Assembly: GCA_041674805.1 (NCBI GenBank)
Contig: JBAYVA010000001.1
Coordinates: forward strand, 125,136 to 189,135
Direction: 5' to 3'
DNA from: Candidatus Magasanikiibacteriota bacterium
GTDB lineage: Bacteria; Patescibacteriota; Patescibacteriia; Magasanikbacterales; UBA922
Length of the DNA stretch: 64,000 bases
Shown: positions 36,887 to 46,109 of the stretch, in pieces
How positions within the stretch are numbered: position 1 is the first letter of the stretch
Layout: every line of letters starts with the position of its first letter
The notes under the pieces: generated by a model
What the model saw: only the letters and a program-made list of their open reading frames with translations
Database searches by the model: none
What the model was told of the DNA's origin: nothing
Program-made: the position numbers and the translations under genes

Positions 36887-39379
36887 ATGAACAAATACAA
36901 TCCTCAAGATATAGAGAAAAAATGGCAAAAATATTGGGAAGATAATAAATCTTTTTGTGCTCAAGATTCTTCTGACAAGCCAAAATTTTATCCTTTGATA
37001 GAATTTCCTTATCCATCTGGAGCAGGTTTGCACGTCGGTCATCCTCGTCCTTACACTGGTATGGATATTGTTGCTCGCAAAAAGAGAATGGAAGGATTCA
37101 ATGTCCTTTATCCAATTGGTTTCGATGCTTTTGGTTTGCCAACTGAAAATTATGCGATCAAGACTGGTCGTCCACCGGCTGATGTGACAGCTGAAAATAT
37201 TGCTAATTTTACTAGACAGATAAAAAGTCTTGGCATTAGTTTTGATTGGTCTCGTGTGGTAGATACTACTGATCCAAAATATTACAAATGGACACAATGG
37301 ATTTTTTTACAACTTTTCAAACACGGTCTTGCTTACAAGAAAAATATGCCAATCAATTGGTGTACTTCTTGCAAGATTGGTCTTGCTAATGAAGAAGTCG
37401 TCGATGGTAAATGTGAACGTTGTGGTGGAGAAGTAGAAAAAAGAGACAAATATCAATGGATGCTTGCTATTACCAAATACGCTGACAAACTTTTGTCTGG
37501 TCTTGAAGATGTAGATTATATTGAGCGTGCCAAAGTCCAACAACAAAATTGGATTGGGAAGAGTGAAGGTGCTAGCGTATTTTTCAATATCAAAGACTGT
37601 GAAGAAAAAATAGAAGTATTTACTACCAGACCGGACACTTTGTTTGGTGCGACTTATATGGTCTTGTCACCAGAACATAATTTGGTAGAAAAGTTGAAAG
37701 ATAAAATTAGTAATTTTGCAGATGTAGAAGATTATATAAATAAAGCCAAATTAAAATCAGACTTAGAACGTACCGAATTACAAAAAGAAAAAACAGGTGT
37801 GGAGTTGCAAGGTATCAAAGCAATCAATCCTGTCAACAACGAAGAGATTCCTGTTTTTGTTGCTGATTATGTTTTGGCTACTTACGGTACTGGAGCTATT
37901 ATGGCGGTACCTGCGCATGATGAAAGAGATTTTGAGTTTGCAAAGAAATATGATATAGCTATAAAAAAAGTTGTTTTGCCACCAGCTATTTATACATCAT
38001 ATAGAAATGCTGAAGATGTTGCTGCTGGAGCATCTAGTAGTATTAGAGTAGAATCTGAATGTTTTCCTGGTGAAGGAATTTCTGTTAACTCTGATTTCTT
38101 AAATGGATTGAAGACAGAAGAAGCCAAAGAAAAAATGATTACTTGGCTTGAAGAAAAAAATATTGGAAAAAAACAAATCAATTTCAAACTTCGTGATTGG
38201 GTTTTTTCACGTCAAAGATATTGGGGTGAACCTATTCCACTTGTTTATTGTGAAAAATGTGCGAGTGAAAATAAAGGTGGAAATGAACAAAATCCAGGTT
38301 GGTTTGCTATTGCCGAAAGTGAGTTGCCACTAGAATTGTCACAAGTTGAAAAATATGAACCGACAGACACAGGTGAATCTCCATTGTCACAAATTCCTGA
38401 ATGGGTGAAGACGACTTGTCCAAATTGTGGCGGAGAAGCAAATAGAGAAACCGATACTATGCCAAATTGGGCAGGAAGCTCTTGGTATTTCTTGCGTTAT
38501 ATTGATCCAAACAATGATACAGAATTTGCTAGTCAAGAAAAATTGAAATATTGGATGTCAGTTGATTGGTACAATGGCGGTATGGAACATACTGTTTTAC
38601 ATTTGCTTTATTCTCGTTTTTGGAATGAATTTTTGTATGATATTGGATTAGTGCCAACGAGTGAACCTTACAAAAAGCGTACTTCACATGGTATGATTTT
38701 GGCCAAAGGTGGTGAAAAGATGAGTAAATCCAAAGGCAATGTCGTCAATCCTGATGATGTGGTAGCTGAATTTGGGGCTGATACACTTCGTACTTATATT
38801 ATGTTTATGGGTCCATTTGATCAAGCGGTTGAATGGGATACCAATGGTCTTGTTGGTGTCAAAAGATTTCTTGATAGAGTTTGGAATTTGCAAGAAAAAA
38901 TAGGGGATAATACAAGTGATGATGTCACTCGTCTGCTTCATGTTGTAATCAAGAAAGTTACTGATGATATAGATAACATGAGATTTAATACAGCTGTAGC
39001 CAAGCTTATGGAGCTTAGTAATGAAGTTTCAAAAGCACCTTTTATTACCAAAGAAGACTATTTGCAAATTATCAAATTACTTTCACCATTTGCACCACAC
39101 ATGGCTGAGGAACTTTGGGCGATGTATGGAAATAGTCAAAGTATCTCCACACAAAAATGGCCAGAGTATGATGAATCAAAAACGAAAGAAGATGTGATTA
39201 CAATTGTCGTCCAAGTTAATGGCAAAGTACGTGATGAATTACAAGTTGGTGCAGAACTTTCTGAAGAAGATATCAAGTCTAAAGCGTTAGCACTTGAAAA
39301 TGTACAAAAATGGTTGGAAGGCAAAGATCCTAAAAAAGTTATTTATGTGAAAGGGAGACTTGTGAGTATTGTCGCTTAA
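36887..39379 (+). CDS. leuS: leucine--tRNA ligase
   Basis: HVGH (HIGH) and KMSKS motifs; editing domain; 830 aa. Confidence 0.95.
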   Translation: MNKYNPQDIEKKWQKYWEDNKSFCAQDSSDKPKFYPLIEFPYPSGAGLHVGHPRPYTGMDIVARKKRMEGFNVLYPIGFDAFGLPTENYAIKTGRPPADVTAENIANFTRQIKSLGISFDWSRVVDTTDPKYYKWTQWIFLQLFKHGLAYKKNMPINWCTSCKIGLANEEVVDGKCERCGGEVEKRDKYQWMLAITKYADKLLSGLEDVDYIERAKVQQQNWIGKSEGASVFFNIKDCEEKIEVFTTRPDTLFGATYMVLSPEHNLVEKLKDKISNFADVEDYINKAKLKSDLERTELQKEKTGVELQGIKAINPVNNEEIPVFVADYVLATYGTGAIMAVPAHDERDFEFAKKYDIAIKKVVLPPAIYTSYRNAEDVAAGASSSIRVESECFPGEGISVNSDFLNGLKTEEAKEKMITWLEEKNIGKKQINFKLRDWVFSRQRYWGEPIPLVYCEKCASENKGGNEQNPGWFAIAESELPLELSQVEKYEPTDTGESPLSQIPEWVKTTCPNCGGEANRETDTMPNWAGSSWYFLRYIDPNNDTEFASQEKLKYWMSVDWYNGGMEHTVLHLLYSRFWNEFLYDIGLVPTSEPYKKRTSHGMILAKGGEKMSKSKGNVVNPDDVVAEFGADTLRTYIMFMGPFDQAVEWDTNGLVGVKRFLDRVWNLQEKIGDNTSDDVTRLLHVVIKKVTDDIDNMRFNTAVAKLMELSNEVSKAPFITKEDYLQIIKLLSPFAPHMAEELWAMYGNSQSISTQKWPEYDESKTKEDVITIVVQVNGKVRDELQVGAELSEEDIKSKALALENVQKWLEGKDPKKVIYVKGRLVSIVA

Positions 39380-39400
39380 AAAATTATTTTATATAGCATA

Positions 39401-39428
39401 AAACATCCTAAAAAAGGATGTTTTTTTG
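39401..39428 (+). terminator. terminator after leuS
   Basis: AAACATCCT-aaaaa-AGGATGTTTTTTT. Confidence 0.7.
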
Positions 39429-39498
39429 CACAGTTTTTTTTACAAATCTTAAATTTTTTTTTAATGTCTTTTTGTCTCTTCTTTATAGGGGGTGGAAA

Positions 39499-40311
39499 AT
39501 GTTGGACCTGAAAAGGTATACGACAATCCGCCTTCTGGGAGAAGGTGGATTTGCTCGTGTTCACCTCGTCGTGGACGAGGTGACAGGTGAGGAGTACGCT
39601 CTCAAAGAGCTTATTCCTCAAGAAGATGAAGTGAGTCATCTGCAAAATCTGGAAAAGTTACTCATGGAGTTTACTCTCCTGGTAGCTTTGCCACAACACT
39701 CGAACGTGGTTCGGGTGTTTGAAACCGATTTCAAAAATGGATATTTGATGGAGGCGTTTGGCGCTTCTCTCACTAAAAATATCCATTTGGTTGGAAAATT
39801 CCGTCATCTGATTCAGATTATGATGGGAATTTTTCAAGGTCTGAATCATTTTCACCAGAATGGGAAGCTTCATCTCGACGTGAAGCCTTCTAACGTCTTG
39901 ATCTCCCGAGATCAATACGGAAACATTCAGGTGAAACTCACCGATCCTCTTGTCCTTGGGAAAGACAAGAGTCTGTTCTTTGGGACTTCAGAATATGCTG
40001 CGCCAGAGTTCATGGCGTATGTAGGTGGAGATAGTCCCAAGGCAGATATGTTCGCCGCTGGTATCATTTTTTACCAACTTTTGTTTGGTAGTTTCAGATC
40101 GGACCCTTGGGGAGTTCGTCATGATAGTGATGCCAGTAAATTCTATGATTTTAGGTTTAATCGTAAACCTAGATCTTTGAAAATAAAGTGGCCAGAAGAA
40201 ATCCGCCAGCTGATTGCGGAACTTTTGTCCCACCGTCCAAAAAAACGGCCAGACGCCAGCTCGTGCATCGAGCGGCTGAAGCCTTTTTTGGAAGAAGAAG
40301 ACAAGGAGTGA
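39499..40311 (+). CDS. Hanks-type Ser/Thr protein kinase-like protein (atypical catalytic motifs) on a GC-rich islet
   Basis: G-loop LGEGGFARV, YALKEL, catalytic loop HLDVKPSNVL (non-RD), LTDP in place of DFG, AAPE. GC is about 48% against about 30% in the flanks. Start trimmed to the ATG at 39499 (MLDLKRYTT). Confidence 0.65.
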   Translation: MLDLKRYTTIRLLGEGGFARVHLVVDEVTGEEYALKELIPQEDEVSHLQNLEKLLMEFTLLVALPQHSNVVRVFETDFKNGYLMEAFGASLTKNIHLVGKFRHLIQIMMGIFQGLNHFHQNGKLHLDVKPSNVLISRDQYGNIQVKLTDPLVLGKDKSLFFGTSEYAAPEFMAYVGGDSPKADMFAAGIIFYQLLFGSFRSDPWGVRHDSDASKFYDFRFNRKPRSLKIKWPEEIRQLIAELLSHRPKKRPDASSCIERLKPFLEEEDKE

Positions 40312-40388
40312 GCCCGAGAGTCTTGAAAGACAGACAATCTCGGGCACACACAAAAGCAATTCATAATTATGAATTGCTTTTGTTTTTA
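40312..40388 (+). terminator. double hairpin terminator after the kinase gene
   Basis: GCCCGAGA...TCTCGGGC, then the perfect palindrome AAAAGCAATTCATAATTATGAATTGCTTTT and a T-run. Confidence 0.65.
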
Positions 40389-40434
40389 CTAACTAATTTA
40401 AGTTTAAGTGATGTTGTTTTTTTGTAAGTATGGA

Positions 40435-41304
40435 CTAATTTGTGATTTTTAGACTGTTAATTATATTTGTCCATTCTTCTATGATATTTGTTTCACTGTC
40501 CAAAGCGTGGTAACTAATAACGATATATTTGTCACCGACTTTTCTAGAAGAATATTTCATAGCACTATAAACATTGGAAGCTTTATATTGTTCTAGACTA
40601 TTCCAGACACTAATAACAGCACGATAAGATTGTGCACCTGGAGCTGTTTCAATAAAGTTGACTACAGAATTTGTCCAAGCAGCTGTGTCTACTGCGGTCT
40701 TGTAAGTAGTTGGATATTTTATTGTGAAATTGTGAGTAGCATTGCTATAAGTTTGCCAACTTTGAGTGCCATCATCCAAATTAGCAACAGTGAAGCTATC
40801 CATAATTGTACTGATTTCACGCCATCTAGCATCAAGAGATTCTATTTTGATATATTGAGATTGTCCACCATAATAATAAACTTGTCCATTGGTACCAAAA
40901 TATCTCATGTTTGGATGAGGATTTACTTCTGTTGGATAAACAGATATAGCAAACATGTCATCCCAATCTGATAATCCAATCCAAACAGTTTTTCCACCTA
41001 AATCGTTTTCAGTTGTTTTGGTAGTATAACCTGTCCAAGTAGCAGGAAGAGTTAGACTAAAATGAAATTCAGGATTAGTGTAAGTTATTGGATTTGTTAC
41101 AGTATTAGTGTTGGTATTTTGAGTAGTTGTCTCAGTATTATTTTGGTTACTAGTTTCGTTTGAAGTATCATCAGCTTGTTCAGTGGTAGCTGTTGTATTG
41201 TCAGTTGGAGTAGTGTTAGCAGGTGTATTGATGTTTACATTACAACCAGCTCCGAGCAACACGACTGTTGCCAAAACACTTCCCAAAGATATGATTTTTT
41301 TCAT
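40435..41304 (-). CDS. hypothetical lipoprotein with T/N-rich low-complexity linker
   Basis: Signal peptide with lipobox LLGAGC; an NTTxT-rich region, then a globular domain. Confidence 0.55.
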   Translation of the reverse strand: MKKIISLGSVLATVVLLGAGCNVNINTPANTTPTDNTTATTEQADDTSNETSNQNNTETTTQNTNTNTVTNPITYTNPEFHFSLTLPATWTGYTTKTTENDLGGKTVWIGLSDWDDMFAISVYPTEVNPHPNMRYFGTNGQVYYYGGQSQYIKIESLDARWREISTIMDSFTVANLDDGTQSWQTYSNATHNFTIKYPTTYKTAVDTAAWTNSVVNFIETAPGAQSYRAVISVWNSLEQYKASNVYSAMKYSSRKVGDKYIVISYHALDSETNIIEEWTNIINSLKITN

Positions 41305-41460
41305 AAATATTTATTATTATTTAAATGAATTAAGTACCTGCACTTTATCACAAAATAGTTGTAATATCAATAAGATTGTGTGATTAACTTTTTTGTATTT
41401 TTTATCACAATAATAAGCAATTTGATTACTTATTAATTTTGGATGCTTTATTTTTTTATC

Positions 41461-41766
41461 TTAATTTTTTTTATCATCATTTTCCTTTGGAATACCCCAT
41501 TGCCAACGTGGTTTTTCTCCTTTTTTGTAAGCAAGGAACATTAGCAAAAAAATAGCAACGGCTATTTTGGCAAAGAACCAATCAAGATCGTTTGTAGTGG
41601 CAGTTGGACTCAATGTTGTACCTGTCCAGATAATAAAGCCTACAAAAATTAGAGTAACTAACCAACCTTGCCATTTGACAGGTGTCCAACCCCAACCATA
41701 GAGTTTACGTTTGAACCATAAGCCTTTTGGATTGTCTTTGATGTAGTCTGTGTATTCTTTGAGCAT
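41461..41766 (-). CDS. hypothetical small membrane protein
   Basis: Two TM helices; Trp-rich N-terminus (KRKLYGWGWTPVKWQGW). Confidence 0.4.
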   Translation of the reverse strand: MLKEYTDYIKDNPKGLWFKRKLYGWGWTPVKWQGWLVTLIFVGFIIWTGTTLSPTATTNDLDWFFAKIAVAIFLLMFLAYKKGEKPRWQWGIPKENDDKKN

Positions 41767-41945
41767 AAGTTGTTTGTATTAAGAATTATTATTTTTTAAT
41801 TTTATAAGTTTATTTTATGATATAATTGTACTCCTTTGAAGATGATTGAGTCAAATTTATTGACAAATCAGCTAAAATATGAGATTATATGTCGGAATTA
41901 CGAACCTTTTTTAGGCTCGTTATTTATTCTTAAATTATATATAAT

Positions 41946-43397
41946 ATGGCTGAAGAAGTAATTCTACGTTTTGACAATGTTTGTTTTGAATATGCAGAAA
42001 GAAAACCAGTCTTGGACGAGGTCAGTTTTTCTGTACGTAAAGGTGCAAAACTTACATTAATGGGCCAAAATGGTGCTGGCAAAAGTACACTTTTTAAACT
42101 TATCAAAGGTGAAAATAAACCAAACTCAGGTAATGTTTTTTTGACAAATGAAGCTAGTATTGGTACAGCTGAGCAGATGATTGCCAAGAGTGATTTGGCT
42201 TTGACTATTGAAGATTATTTTGGCAAAGCCTTTCATGAAGTTCCAGGTAATATCAAAAGTCAAATAAGTAAGGTAATGGACGCTGTTAATCTTACAGTAC
42301 CAACTGATCGCAAAGTAGGAGATTTGTCTGGTGGACAGCAAGCACGTATTTTACTTGCTTTTGCTCTTATCCAAAATCCAGATATTTTGCTTTTGGACGA
42401 ACCTACAAACAATTTGGATAAAGACGGAATTGATCATCTTATCCAATTTTTGGTGATGTATGACAAAACAGTGATAGTGATTTCTCATGACGCTGATTTC
42501 CTCAATTGTTTTACTGAAGGTGTTATTTATCTTGATGTCTTTACCAAAAAAGTTGAGACTTATGTTGGTGACTATTATTCAGTAGTTGATGAAATTCAAA
42601 ATAGAATTGATAGAGAAATAAAGAAAAATGCTCAACTAAAAAAACAAATTCAAGATAATAAAGACAAAGTAAATTTCTTTTCCAACAAAGGTGGTAAAAT
42701 GCGTAAATTGGCGAGTAAATTGCGTGAAGAAATAGACGAATTTGAAGAAAATAAAGTAGAAGTTCGTCGCGAAGATAAGACAATTAGAGAATTTGATATT
42801 CCTGCTCAAGGAATTATTGGTGATATAGTGACTATCAAATCTATCAAAGTTATCAAAAATCACGAGGCTATTATAAAAGAAGTTGATATTATTTTGCGTC
42901 AAAGAGATAGACTACTTATTGCTGGTCCAAATGGCGTTGGAAAAAGTACTTTACTTAGAACTTTGGTCAATGGTAGCAATGAAGGTGTCACTATTATGAA
43001 AAATACTCGTGTAGGTTATTATAGCCAAGATTTTGCTACGCTTGATTATGATCAAACAGTTTTTGATTCTTTGCAAAGTGTAGTACAAGAGGGGACTACT
43101 ACTGAAAATATGCGTGCTGTAGCGGCTGGATTTTTACTTTCTGGTGAAACTATGGGGCTCAAAATTTCACATTTGTCAGAAGGACAAAAAGGTCTTTTAT
43201 CTTTTGCTAGATTGGTTTTATTGCAACCTGGTTTACTTGTTTTGGACGAACCTACCAATCATATCAATTTCCGTCATATACCCGTTATAGCTGAGGCTAT
43301 AAATAATTATAGTGGTGCTATTATTTTGATTAGTCATATGCCAGATTTTGTGGAAAAAATAAAATTTGACCAAGAATTGGATTTGGGAAGATATTAA
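41946..43397 (+). CDS. ABC-F family ATPase (tandem ABC domains, no TMD)
   Basis: Two Walker A motifs (GQNGAGKST, GPNGVGKST) and two signature motifs (LSGGQQARI, LSEGQKGLL) with an inter-domain linker. Confidence 0.8.
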   Translation: MAEEVILRFDNVCFEYAERKPVLDEVSFSVRKGAKLTLMGQNGAGKSTLFKLIKGENKPNSGNVFLTNEASIGTAEQMIAKSDLALTIEDYFGKAFHEVPGNIKSQISKVMDAVNLTVPTDRKVGDLSGGQQARILLAFALIQNPDILLLDEPTNNLDKDGIDHLIQFLVMYDKTVIVISHDADFLNCFTEGVIYLDVFTKKVETYVGDYYSVVDEIQNRIDREIKKNAQLKKQIQDNKDKVNFFSNKGGKMRKLASKLREEIDEFEENKVEVRREDKTIREFDIPAQGIIGDIVTIKSIKVIKNHEAIIKEVDIILRQRDRLLIAGPNGVGKSTLLRTLVNGSNEGVTIMKNTRVGYYSQDFATLDYDQTVFDSLQSVVQEGTTTENMRAVAAGFLLSGETMGLKISHLSEGQKGLLSFARLVLLQPGLLVLDEPTNHINFRHIPVIAEAINNYSGAIILISHMPDFVEKIKFDQELDLGRY

Positions 43398-43399
43398 AC

Positions 43400-43449
43400 A
43401 AGGCTTAAAAGGCCAGAAAAGCTTGAAAGGCTCAAAAGGCCTTTTTTGT
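43400..43449. repeat. A-tract repeat copy ending in an AAAAGGCCTTTT palindrome (acts as terminator)
   Basis: CAAGGCTTAAAAGGCCAGAAAAGCTTGAAAGGCTCAAAAGGCCTTTTTT. Confidence 0.6.
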
Positions 43450-43611
43450 TATGTTTTGCTTGTAGTTAGCAATTATATAATAACAAAAAGTAACTGGAAG
43501 TAATTAACAAAACATCATCCAGTTACCTTTAGTTACTTCAAGTTATTATGAGTGCATGTCTAATATTCGTGGTTAATATTTGTTTAGTATTTGAAATAAT
43601 ATTCGTGTTTC

Positions 43612-43640
43612 TTGACAAAGTGTTGAAATTCTGCTATACT
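43612..43640 (+). promoter_or_regulatory. sigma70-type promoter TTGACA-N17-TATACT
   Basis: TTGACA at 43612-43617, 17-nt spacer, TATACT at 43635-43640; about 38 nt upstream of the 43679 ATG. Confidence 0.55.
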
Positions 43641-43678
43641 AAGGGACAAATTACATTTAAGTAATTGGAATATTTTAT

Positions 43679-44377
43679 ATGGGAAGTTTTAATCGTGACG
43701 GCGATAGATCCGGTGGTGGTTTTGGCCGTGGTAGTAGTTTTGGTGGTAATAAATCATTTGGGGCCAAAAGATTTGGAGATAGAGGTGGTGACAGAGGTAG
43801 TAGAGGTGGAGATTTCCAAAAAACCATGCACAGAGCTGTCTGTGATGAATGTGGTGATAATTGTGAAGTACCTTTTAAACCTTCAGGAGACAAACCGGTT
43901 TTGTGCAGTCATTGTTTTGGCAAAAGTGGTGGTCCAGCACCTAGATTTGGTGGTGACAGAGGAGAAAGACGTGAAAGACCAAGTTTTGAAGATAGACAAA
44001 TGCATGATGCAATTTGTGATAAATGTGGTTCAGAATGTCAAGTACCTTTTAGACCTACACCTGGTAAAGAAATTTTTTGTAATAACTGTTTTGTAAGAAA
44101 AGACGATACAAGAGGAGGAAGTAGAGAAACAAAAGATTCTGGTGAACTTTTAGAAAAAATCAATCAATTGAATTATAAGGTTGATAAATTGATGAAACTT
44201 CTAGGTTATTCTGATGTAAAAGAAGAATCAAAAGAAAAAAAAGAAACAAAAGAAAAAACATCAAAAGAAACTAAAACAGAAGAAATAAAAGAAGAAAAAC
44301 CAAAAAAAGAAATAAAAGAAAAAACTACAAAAACAAAAGTAGCTAAGAAAAAAGAAACAACAAAAAAGAAAAAATAA
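43679..44377 (+). CDS. RGG-rich protein with two CxxCG-x3-C...C zinc-ribbon repeats and a Lys/Glu-rich tail
   Basis: RGG/GGF repeats; CDECGDNCEVPFKPSGDKPVLCSHCF and CDKCGSECQVPFRPTPGKEIFCNNCF; C-terminal KEKKETKEK... tail. Confidence 0.6.
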   Translation: MGSFNRDGDRSGGGFGRGSSFGGNKSFGAKRFGDRGGDRGSRGGDFQKTMHRAVCDECGDNCEVPFKPSGDKPVLCSHCFGKSGGPAPRFGGDRGERRERPSFEDRQMHDAICDKCGSECQVPFRPTPGKEIFCNNCFVRKDDTRGGSRETKDSGELLEKINQLNYKVDKLMKLLGYSDVKEESKEKKETKEKTSKETKTEEIKEEKPKKEIKEKTTKTKVAKKKETTKKKK

Positions 44378-44393
44378 TTGTTTTCTAAATTTT

Positions 44394-44428
44394 TAAAACG
44401 TACTTGTCTAGGTACGTTTTTTTTATCT
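44394..44428 (+). terminator. terminator
   Basis: AAAACGTAC-ttgtctag-GTACGTTTTTTTT. Confidence 0.65.
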
Positions 44429-44456
44429 TGACATAATAATAAATAAATACTATACT
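44428..44456 (+). promoter_or_regulatory. sigma70-type promoter TTGACA-N17-TATACT
   Basis: TTGACA at 44428-44433, 17-nt spacer, TATACT at 44451-44456. Confidence 0.5.
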
Positions 44457-44532
44457 AAATAAGTAGTGTATTAAATTTGTTTTGTTTATTGATGTAATGC
44501 AAAAATCTATTATTTATTCTTAACCACAAATC

Positions 44533-44694
44533 ATATGAGTTTATTTTCCGTAGATGAAACTGATGAAGAAAAGAAAGAAAAAGAAGAAGAAAAAGCAAAA
44601 AAAGATAAAAAATCTCTTTTTGATATAGGTGTAAAAGCCGGTAAAGAAGAGGCTCTAGAAGATGCTGAAGCAAAGAAAAATAAAAGTAGTTGGT
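44533..44694 (+). CDS. small Lys/Glu-rich protein (53 aa), unannotated in the ORF track
   Basis: ATG...TAA ORF (MSLFSVDETDEEKKEKEEEKAKKDKKSLFDIGVKAGKEEALEDAEAKKNKSSW), preceded by a consensus promoter and followed by a strong terminator. The overlapping minus-strand 85-aa ORF is low-complexity. Confidence 0.4.
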
Positions 44695-44700
44695 AAAACA

Positions 44701-44737
44701 AAAAAGACTCACTGGAAAATAGTGAGTCTTTTTTTAT
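44701..44737. terminator. bidirectional terminator
   Basis: AAAAAGACTCACT-ggaaaat-AGTGAGTCTTTTTTT. Confidence 0.7.
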
Positions 44738-45366
44738 TATAATTTTTTTATTTCACTTGCTGTCAAAATTTCTAATTCTTGCAATCTTTGCAACAGGCTT
44801 TCCATATTGGTATAGAGAATTGGTTCAAAACCTATTTCTTTGGCATTTTCCAAAACTCTGGGAGTATCGTCTATAAAAATCATTTCGGAAATATTTACTT
44901 CAAGTTTTTCTGCTAGCATTAGGAATGCTGCTGGGTCTGCTTTCATTACACCTACTTCGGCAGAAAATAAAGTGATATCAAACAAATCATCAACGCCAAG
45001 TTGTCTGGCTTCTTGTGCACCAGTTGCAGTGTGATTACTAAACAAACCAACTTTGTAACCTTTATTTTTTAATAATTTTATTAGAGGAAGTATCTCTTCA
45101 TTATATTTTCCTTTTGGAAAATTGTGAAGTAATTTCAAGAATTCATCTACTTTTGATTCTTTTCCTAAATCTGTAAATACTATAGTCCAAAATTCTTTTT
45201 CGTCTATATTGGTAGTATTTATAAGATGATTGTATTTGTAATAAGAATTACTAAATTCTTCATTGGAAATATTTAGAAGTTCTGAAATCATGGTGTGATA
45301 TCTAGAAGTAAAAAAGACTACTCCTACCCAATCAAAACCAATTGCTTTTATCTTTATCATAAACAT
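44737..45366 (-). CDS. HAD-superfamily hydrolase
   Basis: Motif I at the N-terminus (IKAIGFDWVGVVF, aspartate nucleophile); motif III FIDDTPRVLENAKEIG. Confidence 0.65.
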   Translation of the reverse strand: MFMIKIKAIGFDWVGVVFFTSRYHTMISELLNISNEEFSNSYYKYNHLINTTNIDEKEFWTIVFTDLGKESKVDEFLKLLHNFPKGKYNEEILPLIKLLKNKGYKVGLFSNHTATGAQEARQLGVDDLFDITLFSAEVGVMKADPAAFLMLAEKLEVNISEMIFIDDTPRVLENAKEIGFEPILYTNMESLLQRLQELEILTASEIKKL

Positions 45367-45800
45367 GTTGTTCTAGTGTGATCTACTTTTCCTCTATTTA
45401 CTATTCCTATTGCTTGATCAAATTTTTCATATCTAAGTCTTATTTTTTCCAGTTCGTCATCAGAAATATTAGTTTCATTTTTAATTGTTTGTATTTTGGT
45501 ATACATAGTTGATAGATCTGCTTTGGCAGGACTTCTTTTATTACGTTGTGGTGAGTTTTCTGGTCCTAATTCTTCAATTGCCATTAATTTTTGAATATTA
45601 TGATTTTGTTCAAATTCATCAAACATCCTTTCTAGTTCAGCAATATCTTCTCTACATTCTCTTTTTGTTTCAGGTATTACAGGTCCTTTATCTTCATGAA
45701 TTTCAGCAAGTTCTGCATATGCTGCATACATATCAGCTTCAGCAGCTTCCTTTTGTGAATTTATTTCTTCGGGTGTTGGCCCTGGTTTATCTATTCCCAT
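45357..45800 (-). CDS. hypothetical acidic protein
   Basis: ORF; its stop overlaps the HAD start by 10 nt (ATGTTTATGA). Confidence 0.4.
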   Translation of the reverse strand: MGIDKPGPTPEEINSQKEAAEADMYAAYAELAEIHEDKGPVIPETKRECREDIAELERMFDEFEQNHNIQKLMAIEELGPENSPQRNKRSPAKADLSTMYTKIQTIKNETNISDDELEKIRLRYEKFDQAIGIVNRGKVDHTRTTCL

Positions 45801-45844
45801 ATTGTATTTTGGTTAATAATAATTTAGTTAATATAATATATTTT

Positions 45845-46093
45845 TTAATCAGTTTGCTCTTCCCTTGTGCTATCTAAATAATCAACTAAAAAATCAGAAA
45901 AAATCTTTTCTAAATCTTCTTGATTTAATTCAATTATACTTTTATTTTCTTTTACTAAATATTTTTCTAAATATGGTTCTACATCAATTTCTTCAAATTC
46001 TTCGCCAGCTTGTTCTATAGTTTGTAATATAAAAGAGATTGCTTTTTTTTTAGCTTCAATTTCTAATTCTCGCATTTGTTCTGGTGGAGTCAT
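45845..46093 (-). CDS. hypothetical acidic small protein
   Basis: ORF 16 nt downstream of the helicase stop. Confidence 0.4.
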   Translation of the reverse strand: MTPPEQMRELEIEAKKKAISFILQTIEQAGEEFEEIDVEPYLEKYLVKENKSIIELNQEDLEKIFSDFLVDYLDSTREEQTD

Positions 46094-46109
46094 AATTTTA
46101 ATTTAAAAT

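Noticed and set aside
39988-40427. Cluster of overlapping ORFs (39988-40359 -, 40143-40364 -, 40169-40351 -, 40188-40427 +) inside or after the kinase gene
   Set aside because: They lie in the only GC-rich stretch, where stop codons are rare by chance, and fully overlap a gene with clear kinase motifs. They are compositional artefacts.
43665-44096. ORFs 43665-44096 (+) and 43675-43893 (-) overlapping the RGG/zinc-ribbon gene
   Set aside because: These are alternative frames of a Gly/Arg-codon-rich region. Their translations are low-complexity (VVVLVV..., PPLLPLSPPLSP), and the third frame has the conserved Cys motifs.
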